DNA from: an uncultured archaeon
GTDB taxonomy: Archaea > Asgardarchaeota > Lokiarchaeia > Sigyniarchaeales > SOKP01
Length of the DNA stretch: 64,000 nucleotides
Assembly: GCA_964493715.1 (NCBI GenBank)
Contig: CAZBPC010000002.1
Span: 79,470-143,469 of the forward strand
Reading direction: 5' to 3'
A program made the position numbers and the translations under genes. Within the stretch, counting starts at the first letter, position 1, and the number at the start of each line of letters is the position of its first letter. Positions 54,481-63,839 of the stretch are shown in pieces. Under the pieces are notes generated by a model. It was not told the DNA's origin. It did no database searches and worked only from the letters and a program-made list of their open reading frames with translations.

Positions 54481-55938
54481 ATGAAAATGGCAGAAAATGA
54501 AGAATTACTTGTCTTCACTGACGATTTAATAAATCAATTATACGATAAAGCTCAAAATGAAGTTGATTACTGGGATATTCGGGCAGGTGTGAGTAAAGGA
54601 AATACAATAGAATTTTCAGATGAGAAGAGTAAGGAGATAACTTCATATTTATTAACTGGATGTAGCATTAGAACATTCATCGATGGAGGTTGGGGCTTTC
54701 GTGTTTTAAAAAGTGTCTCAAAAAAAAATTTGCTGAATGAATTTGTCAAGACCATAAAATTAGCAAAATTTTCTTCTTCTTTATGTAAATTCCAGTTTCA
54801 TATAAAAGAAAGAAATGCTTTAACTCAAAATTTTAAGGTTAACAGCAAAAGAAAGTTAGAAGATGTAGATTTAACGGAAAAAATAGAATTGGTAAAAAAC
54901 AATGAAAATATTGCTTTCAACTATTCTAAATTGATAAAAAGTACGAGAACTATTTATTTAGATAGTCATGTTGATTTAATATTTCTAGATGCTTTTGGTT
55001 CTAAAATTAAACAAGAATTAGAGATTCTTCGCTTATTTTCTTCAGTTTATGCCCAAAATAAAGGAATTATTCAAAATGGGACAAATTCAATAGGTGGTGT
55101 GGGTGGATTTGAAGTCATGAACACTGAAAAAGCCCAATATTTAAGTAAAAAATCCTCTGAACAAGCAATTAATCTACTTAATGCTAAATCACCCATAGGA
55201 GGTAGTTTTAGAGTCATATTAGATTCTAAATTGACAGGGACATTTATTCATGAAGCACTGGGTCATGCTTGTGAAGCTGATTTAGTATTAAATAAGGAAA
55301 GCATACTTACTGGAAAAGTTGGGAAAAAAATTAGCATAGAAGATGTTTCCGTTGTTGATGATCCACGTTTTGGACAAGGCGAAAAATTTAATCTACCTTA
55401 TGAATTATTTGGATGTTATTTCATTGATGAAGAAGGTACTCCAGCACAAAAAACCGTTATTATTAGAGATGGAATTCTCCGAAGTTTTATTCATTCTTTA
55501 GAAACAGCTTCTAGAATGAATGTTGAACCTAATGGACATGGAAGGGCAAGTTCAAACAGTTCAAAACCCCAAGTTAGAATGGGTTTTACATACTTAGAAC
55601 CAAAAGATTGGAATCTTGACGAAATGATTGAAGATACAAAAAAAGGAATATTATGTGAAGATTTCCAGTATGGTTATACAGATCCCACTACAGGAAACTT
55701 TCAGTTTAAATGTAGAATCTCAACAAGAATAGAAAATGGAGAAAAAAAAGAAAATTTGAGAGATGTGTCTTTCGGAGGAATGACCTTAGATGTGCTAAAT
55801 AAAATTTCTGCGATAGGTAATGAGAATACTTTTAATTATTCAGATGGGATTTGTGGGAAAGGTGGTCAAGGCATAAGAGTTTGTGATGGGGGACCATATA
55901 TAAGAATCGATAATTTAACAGTAGGAGGATTGAATTAA
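54481..55938 (+). CDS. tldD: TldD-family metalloprotease
   Basis: HEALGHACEAD and CGKGGQ. Confidence 0.92.
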   Translation: MKMAENEELLVFTDDLINQLYDKAQNEVDYWDIRAGVSKGNTIEFSDEKSKEITSYLLTGCSIRTFIDGGWGFRVLKSVSKKNLLNEFVKTIKLAKFSSSLCKFQFHIKERNALTQNFKVNSKRKLEDVDLTEKIELVKNNENIAFNYSKLIKSTRTIYLDSHVDLIFLDAFGSKIKQELEILRLFSSVYAQNKGIIQNGTNSIGGVGGFEVMNTEKAQYLSKKSSEQAINLLNAKSPIGGSFRVILDSKLTGTFIHEALGHACEADLVLNKESILTGKVGKKISIEDVSVVDDPRFGQGEKFNLPYELFGCYFIDEEGTPAQKTVIIRDGILRSFIHSLETASRMNVEPNGHGRASSNSSKPQVRMGFTYLEPKDWNLDEMIEDTKKGILCEDFQYGYTDPTTGNFQFKCRISTRIENGEKKENLRDVSFGGMTLDVLNKISAIGNENTFNYSDGICGKGGQGIRVCDGGPYIRIDNLTVGGLN

Positions 55939-57315
55939 ATGGAAAATGATGTAGATATATTTCAATTAGCAAATCATGGACTTAATACCCTAAATAAATA
56001 TGGATCTACATTAAAATGTGCAGAACTTTTCTTCGGTCTAAATGAATATCTCACTATCGAAATAGAAGAAAATTCAATAAAAAATAGTGAAATTGGTAGT
56101 GATGAGGGTGTCTCAATAAGAGCAATAGGACGAAATGGTTCTCTTGGTTTCTCTTTTACAAATCGATTGAATGATCAATCTATAGATCATATGATTGAAA
56201 ATTCTATCAAAATGATGCATTCAGGAACAGAAGATTTGGACTTTATTGATCTCCCCCAACCTTTCGACTCGTATCCAAGCGTGAAGGATATGTATGATCG
56301 AAACGTTCAATCATTAACAATAGAAGATTCTATCGATTATGTAACAGAATTAATAAGAATATGTGATGAAGATGATTTAGCTATTTCTCAATCGGCAAAT
56401 TTTACAGCAAGTACATCTAAAAGTAATATTTTTAACACTAATGGGTTGGAAGTGGAAGGAGAAGAAACTATTTGTTCAATTTCTTCTCATGTAATTGTAA
56501 AAGACAAAACTAGAAAAGATACAACTTTCGGGTTTGAATATCAAAGTGAGAGATTTTTGAGTGAAATTCATCCCTCAAGTATCATTAAATCTGCGTTAAC
56601 AAAAGCAAAACAGAATTTAAATCGAAAAAAAATTAAAAGTATGCGTTGTCCAGTAGTCTTAACTCCAAATGGAACGATAAGCTTGATCTTAAAACCTATT
56701 GCTGCTGCTGTCAATGCTGAAGCATTCCAACATAAAAGAACATTCTTTGTAGATAAAAGAAATGAACAAATAGGTTCTGATCAGATTACTATAAGAGATG
56801 ATGCGTTGATAAATGGAGCAGTTGGATCCGCGATTTTTGACGCTGAAGGTGTTCCTTGTCAAAATACAATGATTATTGAAAATGGACTTTTCTTAAACAA
56901 CGGATTATTACATAATAGCTATACCGCCGGGAAAGAAGGAGTCAAAAGCACGGGAAATGCCTCAAGGAATTCATATTCCTCAACTCCCTCAATAGGAATT
57001 TCAAATTTCATCGTATCGCCTGGAAAAATAGCAAAAAATGAACTCATTGAAGATATAAAACTTGGAATATTACTTGATTACACAGGAGATAGCCCTAATA
57101 TATCAACTGGAGATTTTTCAGGTCTCATTCTACAAGGAAATATTATTGAGAATGGTGAAATAGGACATGCTCTAAATGAAACAATGATAGGCATAAATTT
57201 ATTGGAGTTATTCAAGAAAGTTGATTGCATTTCTTCTGAATATAAAATTTATGGGTCCTATCAAGCTCCATTCTTAAAAATTAACGATATTCAAATTATT
57301 GGGAGCAGTACTTAG
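55939..57315 (+). CDS. pmbA: TldE/PmbA family protein
   Basis: FDAEGVP, STGNASR and TGDFS; follows tldD. Confidence 0.9.
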   Translation: MENDVDIFQLANHGLNTLNKYGSTLKCAELFFGLNEYLTIEIEENSIKNSEIGSDEGVSIRAIGRNGSLGFSFTNRLNDQSIDHMIENSIKMMHSGTEDLDFIDLPQPFDSYPSVKDMYDRNVQSLTIEDSIDYVTELIRICDEDDLAISQSANFTASTSKSNIFNTNGLEVEGEETICSISSHVIVKDKTRKDTTFGFEYQSERFLSEIHPSSIIKSALTKAKQNLNRKKIKSMRCPVVLTPNGTISLILKPIAAAVNAEAFQHKRTFFVDKRNEQIGSDQITIRDDALINGAVGSAIFDAEGVPCQNTMIIENGLFLNNGLLHNSYTAGKEGVKSTGNASRNSYSSTPSIGISNFIVSPGKIAKNELIEDIKLGILLDYTGDSPNISTGDFSGLILQGNIIENGEIGHALNETMIGINLLELFKKVDCISSEYKIYGSYQAPFLKINDIQIIGSST

Positions 57316-57836
57316 GTTGTTACGTTTAAATTTTGCCAGAGAATCTCCCAAAACACTTCATTTAAGTCTAATTTAATTTCCCAGAACTCCATTATAATAC
57401 TATAATTTACTCCTGGTACCAAAAATGATACATTCAACTTTTCCGATGTCCATCTAGTTCCATGATTGATTTTCACATTTGTGATATTCAGATATGAAGT
57501 GGCATTTACAGAACCTAAAGAACTCTTAATAGTTTCATTATCCCCTTTCAAAATTTCTAAGCGAAGAGTAAATTCTCGATTTAACTGGTTTTCCACAAAT
57601 ACATAAAAAGAAGCATTTTCTCCTACTGAAAGTTCAGATGGAAAATCATCAAGTTTCATATCTGAATTTAATACTCCAAAGGAAATAAAACCGGGTGCAG
57701 GTTTTAACACGTAATACAAAATAAACCCTGATATTACCACTATTCCTATGATTAATAAAACTTTCAATAAATTATCAAACTCTAATCGGTTTGATATATT
57801 CTCTTTTCTATTTGTTTGTTTAATGGTGTTAATCAT
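57312..57836 (-). CDS. Membrane-anchored protein (DUF1616-like)
   Basis: Single TM followed by a beta-rich domain with several NxS/T sequons. Confidence 0.6.
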   Translation of the reverse strand: MINTIKQTNRKENISNRLEFDNLLKVLLIIGIVVISGFILYYVLKPAPGFISFGVLNSDMKLDDFPSELSVGENASFYVFVENQLNREFTLRLEILKGDNETIKSSLGSVNATSYLNITNVKINHGTRWTSEKLNVSFLVPGVNYSIIMEFWEIKLDLNEVFWEILWQNLNVTT

Positions 57837-58890
57837 TATCCTTGAACCATAAAATTGTTTTTTCTAATGCTTCTTTTAATGAAGTTTTGGGTTCCCATTT
57901 TAAAATTTTTCTTGCTTTACTAATATCAGGACTTCGACGTACAGGATCATCAACAGGTAAGGATTTAAAGATAATTTTCGATTTTGAATTGGTTAAATCT
58001 TTAATTAAATTGGCTAATTCAAGTATTGTATATTCTTTTTCATTACCTAAATTAATAACTTCCCCAATTGCTTCTTTATTATATACAAATTTTAGAATTC
58101 CTTCAATTTCATCAACTACATATGTGAAAGATCTCGTTTGAGAGCCTTTACCAAAAACTGTGATATCGTCGTCATTTAGAGCTTGATGGATAAAATTAGG
58201 GACTACTCTTCCAAATTCTGGACCATGACGTATACGTGGACCTGAAGTATTAAAAATCCTTACAATTTTTGTTCTAATTCTATGCTGTAATTCATAAGCT
58301 TTAACGAAAGCTTCTCCAGCTCGTTTTGATTCATCATAACAACTTCTGGGTCCTACTGGGTTTACGTTCCCGAAATAGCTCTCAGGAGTAGGAATTGCTT
58401 CATCAGGTGGATTTCCATATGTTTCTGATGTGCTTGTATAAAAAAATAATGCATTATGTGCTTTAGCAATTCCTAACGCGTTCATTGTGCCTAAAGTGTT
58501 GCTTTTTAAAATTGAAATAGGATGTTCCTTAAATTCAAATGGTGAAGCTCTGCTTGCCATGTGCATAACTATGTCAATTTTTTTAATATCTCCTATACAA
58601 ACACTATTGGGGTAATTACTGAAACCAAAATATATAGGTTTAGAGATATCGTGATTAATAAATCGGAAGTTTTCTTTATCCATGAGATGCAGGATATTGC
58701 TAAAAGAACCTGAACTCAAATTATCTATACATATACAAAAAGCTCCTTGCTTGATTAAGACATCACAAACCCAAGATCCTAAAAAACCGGCACCACCACT
58801 TACTAAAATTATCTTATCTCTAAATGAGATGCTTTCCTTTTCAAGACGACTAATAATTTCATTTATATCATCTGTTATCCGATAAGCCAT
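57829..58890 (-). CDS. UDP-glucuronate decarboxylase-like NAD-dependent epimerase
   Basis: GGAGFLG, ASRASP, STSETYG, YDESKR and DDPVRR. Confidence 0.88.
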   Translation of the reverse strand: MAYRITDDINEIISRLEKESISFRDKIILVSGGAGFLGSWVCDVLIKQGAFCICIDNLSSGSFSNILHLMDKENFRFINHDISKPIYFGFSNYPNSVCIGDIKKIDIVMHMASRASPFEFKEHPISILKSNTLGTMNALGIAKAHNALFFYTSTSETYGNPPDEAIPTPESYFGNVNPVGPRSCYDESKRAGEAFVKAYELQHRIRTKIVRIFNTSGPRIRHGPEFGRVVPNFIHQALNDDDITVFGKGSQTRSFTYVVDEIEGILKFVYNKEAIGEVINLGNEKEYTILELANLIKDLTNSKSKIIFKSLPVDDPVRRSPDISKARKILKWEPKTSLKEALEKTILWFKDND

Positions 58891-59015
58891 ATTTTATCAA
58901 CGCAATAAATATCTGATTTTTATTTTAATAAAATTATTGTGTTATTTATAAATTTTTTAATCAAAAGTACCCTCTTTAATTAGAAATAGCATTAGTTTTT
59001 GACGTAAAATCCTAT

Positions 59016-59606
59016 TTAAAGTGTTTTTTGTCCACAATATTGACAATATTTTAATTCGATAGGATAAAATCCTCCACAATTAACACACTTTTTCAATGAA
59101 CTTTTTAAAATTTCGCGACCAAGAGTCTCAAATGCTGATTCAACGTTTTCACCAGTTTTTGATGATACTCCAATAATTTCCCCTTGGAAATTATGCTTTT
59201 CAAAGAATTTTTTAGCATCTTCTCTTTTAATCTCTCTCTGATCTTCTAAATCAATCTTCGCTTCAATAAGTATCTTAGTTTTTGGACTATTGGGAATTGA
59301 GGAGATTACTTTTATCCAATCATATAGGTCTTCTAAAGATTCTCTATTTGTAAGGTCATACAAAACTAAAGCACCTGATGCACCTGATACATATGAAGGA
59401 ATTAATTCTCTAAACTTCTTTTCCCCCGCAAAATCCCAAATGTTCAGTAGGATCTCCGTATCATCTACAACGACTTTCTTAGTTTCGAAATCTACGCCTA
59501 TTGTCGATAAAGTTGATTTATCAAACTTTCCAGTTGCGTATCGCCTAATGAGAGACGTTTTACCAACATCCTTAGCACCTGCTACTATTACTTTAAATTT
59601 TATAAT
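59016..59606 (-). CDS. Rab-like small GTPase with C-terminal Zn ribbon
   Basis: Frame open upstream of the ORF-track start: FKVIVAGAKDVGKTS, STIGVDF, IWDFAGE, EAKID, SSK, then CVNC..CQYC. Probable ATT start at 59606. Confidence 0.88.
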   Translation of the reverse strand: MIKFKVIVAGAKDVGKTSLIRRYATGKFDKSTLSTIGVDFETKKVVVDDTEILLNIWDFAGEKKFRELIPSYVSGASGALVLYDLTNRESLEDLYDWIKVISSIPNSPKTKILIEAKIDLEDQREIKREDAKKFFEKHNFQGEIIGVSSKTGENVESAFETLGREILKSSLKKCVNCGGFYPIELKYCQYCGQKTL

Positions 59607-59737
59607 TTTAACTTCACCAGTTATTAACTTATTTGTGATTAAGAATTCAATTCAGTTATAATATTATATAAATTGCAATTGTTAAATATTTTTATCAATA
59701 TTATAAATTTAAAAAGTATCCGAAAATGTTCTATTTC

Positions 59738-62062
59738 CTAATACTCTTTATCATATTCATATCTACTAATTCTAAAAATTTCATCAGCAATTTTCTTTCC
59801 AATCTTATCAGTTTTCATTAATTCATCTATTTCGGCACTAAAGATCTTTTGAAGTGATTTAAATTCCATTAAAAGATTTTTGGCTCTTAAAGCATTTATA
59901 CCCGGAATTCCAGCCACAATGAATTCTAATAATTCAGAATCCTCCAAAGGTTTTTTTTCAAACCTAATTTTAAAATCACCTTTGGTTGTTGCTTGTGCCT
60001 TTTTCGCCAAATGATAAATAATCAAGGCGGTTTCATTAGAATCGGCTGTTCGATAAATGTATATTCCTAAGTTTAGAATTATTGATGAGATAGCTCCGTA
60101 TAAAGCGTTTTCATTGATGCTACTTGTAAAAAGGTCCCCTTCAAGAATTAAGATGGGTTGTTCAAATGACTTCTTTAGTTCAAATAATTCTTTAAAAAGT
60201 CTCCCATCTTTAATTGAATCGGTAAAATCTTGAGCTGCTTTCCTTTCAATTCCCGAAATTTCTGAGATAATATAATCTGCGACGGGTAATTGCTCTAATT
60301 TAATCTCAACGTCCATAAGAGAAAGTTTTCTTACAACAGGGGATTTGGTTTCCCTATTATCACATATAATAATTACTTTATCATTATTTTCTTGAAATTT
60401 ATCTTTTAAATCGATAATCTCGTTTTCAATTGAATCAGATCTTGCAGGTGTGTTTAGATATTGAGTTAAACTTGCTTGTTCTTTAGGAAGAGAATCTGAA
60501 TCCTTAAGCTTTTTTAAATTTCTATTCATGCTCTCTTCCTTGTGTTTTTCTGCCCAATAATATCCTTCATCTCTGGTTCCTTCAGCAATTAAGATAAATA
60601 CTTTCCCTTCTTTTTTCCTCCCAGTCCGACCTCTTCGTTGAATTGATCTAACTGCACTAGGAATAACATCATAAAATACTACCATATCACATTCTGCTAT
60701 ATCCAAACCTTCCTCTGCTACGCTTGTCCCTATTAAAGTATTATAAGTGCCCTCTTTAAAATCTTGCAATAAATTTATCTGTTCTTTTTGCGTTAGACCC
60801 TTATCTGTACTATTTGAGCGTTGCCCTACAAACTTGTGTGCTCTTATCTCAGGATAGCTTTTAAGATAGCGTACTATATTTTTTACTGAATCTCGATAAT
60901 GACAAAATACTAATATCCTCGATTCTGGGTTTTCTAATAATTGATCATGTAATAATTCTTTTAAATATTTTAATTTTGGATGCACCAATCCTTTTTCTTG
61001 AGCAATATCCACTAATTCTATAACTTTTTTAAAATCATAATCAGAAAATAATTCGATTAAAGATTTATTAGCAATTCCTGATTTTATTTTTGCTATATTC
61101 TTATCCATATAATCTTTAAGAGCATTAACTCCTTGAGTTTCAATCAATTCATCTATATGTGATAATCGAATGGCATTAGCATTATATTTTTTGGCTAAAA
61201 ACATCTCATATTTTATATCATCATTTCTTGCTGAAGAAATTCTCTTGTTTATGACTTTGTCTAATTTTAAGAGATCTTTACGAGTAACCTTGTTTACATC
61301 AGAAGAGTTCAACAAATCCGATTTTTTAAGAAATGTGTAAACTTTTTTCAACTTTTCAATGACTAGTTTCTTTATTTCTAAATACTCCACCGGCAAAGAA
61401 ATTTTAATCCATTCATTATCTACATTATGTATATATGGTTTTACATCTCTGTCAGAATCAGTTCGAATCTCAACGTGGTCAATAAATAAATTTGATTTAA
61501 TTTCATTTATCTTTGATTCAGTTGAACCTGGACTCGCAGTTAGTCCTAAAATCTGGGGTGTTTTCGATAATTCCATATATTTCTGAGCAATAAAACTATA
61601 AGCGTAATCACCAATTGCTCGATGGCACTCATCAAAAATAATCAACGCAACATCTTGAATTGAATATAAGTTAGAAATTAAGTCATTTTGTAGAACCTGT
61701 GGAGTCATAAAAGCAACTTTAATGTCGTTCCATAACATCTTTCTTTTATCGGGAGGAATAGATCCAGTGATGGATTGTAACATTTCAGGATCAATATTTG
61801 TCAACTCCAAGAAAGAATTTAAATGTTGGTCCACTAATGGTTTAGTTGGCGCTAAGAAGACTATCTTGGAATTTTGGATCTCAGAAAGTCGATGCATGGC
61901 CAACATAAGAGCTACTATTGTCTTTCCTAATCCCGTCGGAATTACAACAAGGCAATTTTTATTTAAGCAATTAATAAATATATCTTCTTGATATGCTCGT
62001 CTAAGAACCATATTCCCTTTTAAAAGTGGATGAGATAGAAATTTCTCAGATAAAGTAATCAC
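59738..62062 (-). CDS. hef: Hef / FANCM-like helicase with ERCC4 nuclease
   Basis: PTGLGKT, DECH, TASPG, QRRGRTGR, ERK nuclease motif and HhH. Confidence 0.95.
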   Translation of the reverse strand: MITLSEKFLSHPLLKGNMVLRRAYQEDIFINCLNKNCLVVIPTGLGKTIVALMLAMHRLSEIQNSKIVFLAPTKPLVDQHLNSFLELTNIDPEMLQSITGSIPPDKRKMLWNDIKVAFMTPQVLQNDLISNLYSIQDVALIIFDECHRAIGDYAYSFIAQKYMELSKTPQILGLTASPGSTESKINEIKSNLFIDHVEIRTDSDRDVKPYIHNVDNEWIKISLPVEYLEIKKLVIEKLKKVYTFLKKSDLLNSSDVNKVTRKDLLKLDKVINKRISSARNDDIKYEMFLAKKYNANAIRLSHIDELIETQGVNALKDYMDKNIAKIKSGIANKSLIELFSDYDFKKVIELVDIAQEKGLVHPKLKYLKELLHDQLLENPESRILVFCHYRDSVKNIVRYLKSYPEIRAHKFVGQRSNSTDKGLTQKEQINLLQDFKEGTYNTLIGTSVAEEGLDIAECDMVVFYDVIPSAVRSIQRRGRTGRKKEGKVFILIAEGTRDEGYYWAEKHKEESMNRNLKKLKDSDSLPKEQASLTQYLNTPARSDSIENEIIDLKDKFQENNDKVIIICDNRETKSPVVRKLSLMDVEIKLEQLPVADYIISEISGIERKAAQDFTDSIKDGRLFKELFELKKSFEQPILILEGDLFTSSINENALYGAISSIILNLGIYIYRTADSNETALIIYHLAKKAQATTKGDFKIRFEKKPLEDSELLEFIVAGIPGINALRAKNLLMEFKSLQKIFSAEIDELMKTDKIGKKIADEIFRISRYEYDKEY

Positions 62063-62076
62063 CAGTAATGATTATA

Positions 62077-62465
62077 CCAAGTAGTTTGTAGATAAAATTA
62101 TTTTGTCGATCTAATATAAATAGTGAGTCTTTAGAATCTCTTAAATTCGATTAATACCTTTTTAATAAATTATATTCCATTCATGCTAGAGAATAAGATT
62201 AGGAATACTAATGTAAATAAAAATAGCATTATGTTTAGTTTTATATTGGATTTCATATTGTATATAACCCGAAAATTTTTGTTATTATTGTAAAGAGTAT
62301 CGAATATCTTTTAAAACTTTTTTCCAAAAAACATCATTGAAAATTTTAATTTGATCAAAATTGACACCAATATTGATGATTCCAAGCAGGTTGTAGATAG
62401 TTTTATTTTGTCGATCTAATATAGATAATGAGTCAAGAGAATCTCTTAAATTCGATTAATAACTT
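62077..62465. repeat. 84-nt imperfect direct repeat (62077-62160 and 62382-62465)
   Basis: Shared ttattttgtcgatctaatata and agaatctcttaaattcgattaata; about 11 mismatches by eye. Confidence 0.9.
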
Positions 62466-62483
62466 CTTGATAACTTAGATGAG

Positions 62484-63668
62484 TTAGTAGGATGATAGAA
62501 ACTTTTTTAATGATTTCTGTTCTTCTAACCTTTTTAAAAAAGGATTATAGACATATTTTGGAATATTCTCTAATGTTACTCCTACTTTTTTAAGAATAGG
62601 ATTCGAATTTATTTGTTTGATGATTTCATTCTGAAAAAAGATATTATTTCTATGAAAACCATAAATTGCTTTTATTCTAATTAGAATGACTGATTTATCA
62701 GTGGATATTATATCCTTCAGACGATCGTTTCTTTTTTGAGTATAAAAATCCTCAATCATTTTATGATAAGCATTTGGAAAAAGATCATGCTGCTCACCAT
62801 CATATTCGGCAGCTACTTTAAATCTTATGTTCTCGATTACTACATTTTCATTATACAAATCATATTTTAAACGACCTCCTTGACCACTTCCTAAACCAAA
62901 AATATGTTTGAATGTTATTGGTCTAAAATTCACACCAAAAATTTTATTCAAATAAAGTTGTAATATTTTTTGACAGAAATATTCATTGCATTCTGGACAC
63001 CATCTGCTCTGGTTTATTAAATATCTTACTTTAACGATCCATATATGATCAATATCTTTAGATGGATGACCAATTTTAATATATCTCTCTGAAGGTATAT
63101 CTTCCATCAATTCCCACTCATCTCTTGATGTGATTATATAACCATTTTGATCACTGATAAATTCTTTTATCAAATCATAAGTGTATTTCTTTTTAAGTCT
63201 GCATTTTGATCCCCAAATCCTCTCATAAATGAGAATTGATTGTTCTTTGCCAAATCTATCATTTAGATATGATTTAACCCAATTTATAATAGTTGGTTTT
63301 GAAGCTGCTATTTCTTTCTGTATTGAATTTATTCCCATAATTGAATCTGAATGTGTTAATTGTTCATCAATAAATAGGAAATCCATCAATGTTAAGAATT
63401 TTGACTGTCTATCATTAGTCTTCTGTAATTCTTTATGCCAGATGTCAGAATATATTTTTTTGGCGGTTTCAGGGTTTTTTTCCTTTATCAAATTTACCAA
63501 AATATACTTTCGTAAAGTTTTTCTATTCAAATTATACTGTTTTCCTAAAAATTCTAGCTTAGGTATTTGATTTATATTAGAAGGATAGTAATTCTCTATA
63601 AGAGTTCTAATATTTTTCCACATTTCATCAATTCTTTTTTCGAAATTATCTTTTGGTTTATATTCCAT
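62484..63668 (-). CDS. Putative endonuclease with HTH-like repeats, Zn motif and Vsr/PD-(D/E)XK-like C-terminus
   Basis: WCPEC, LKYDLY, AAEYDGEQH and NDRLKD..LIRI. Confidence 0.6.
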   Translation of the reverse strand: MEYKPKDNFEKRIDEMWKNIRTLIENYYPSNINQIPKLEFLGKQYNLNRKTLRKYILVNLIKEKNPETAKKIYSDIWHKELQKTNDRQSKFLTLMDFLFIDEQLTHSDSIMGINSIQKEIAASKPTIINWVKSYLNDRFGKEQSILIYERIWGSKCRLKKKYTYDLIKEFISDQNGYIITSRDEWELMEDIPSERYIKIGHPSKDIDHIWIVKVRYLINQSRWCPECNEYFCQKILQLYLNKIFGVNFRPITFKHIFGLGSGQGGRLKYDLYNENVVIENIRFKVAAEYDGEQHDLFPNAYHKMIEDFYTQKRNDRLKDIISTDKSVILIRIKAIYGFHRNNIFFQNEIIKQINSNPILKKVGVTLENIPKYVYNPFLKRLEEQKSLKKFLSSY

Positions 63669-63737
63669 ATAATATGCAGAGAAACTGCCTATATAATATG
63701 ATGGTGAGTAGAAATTTAATAATATTAAAGAGAAAAA

Positions 63738-63839
63738 TGCGCAAGGAGGGAATTTTTCCTAATTGAAGTATTTTCAAGAAGTTTGAACCCTCGACCTACA
63801 CGGTGTGAGCGTGTCGTTATACCACTAGACCACTCGCGC
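63738..63839 (-). tRNA. tRNA-Val(CAC) with a 30-nt intron in the T-loop (63753-63782)
   Basis: Acceptor GCGCGAG/CTTGCGC-A, anticodon arm ACACG-CTCACAC-CGTGT, and T arm GAGGG-TTCAA[intron]TT-CCCTC. CCA not encoded. Confidence 0.92.

Noticed and set aside
58585-58650. Stem-loop within an apparent insertion in the UDP-glucuronate decarboxylase as an in-frame 54-nt intron
   Set aside because: The central helix is mismatched, there is no outer helix, the frame is intact, and removal would delete a Pro that appears conserved after HDI.
1992-63570. Many short ORFs antisense to or overlapping real genes (e.g. 1992-2276, 9641-10021, 17388-17771, 59290-59661)
   Set aside because: Shadow frames of well-supported genes with no recognisable motifs.
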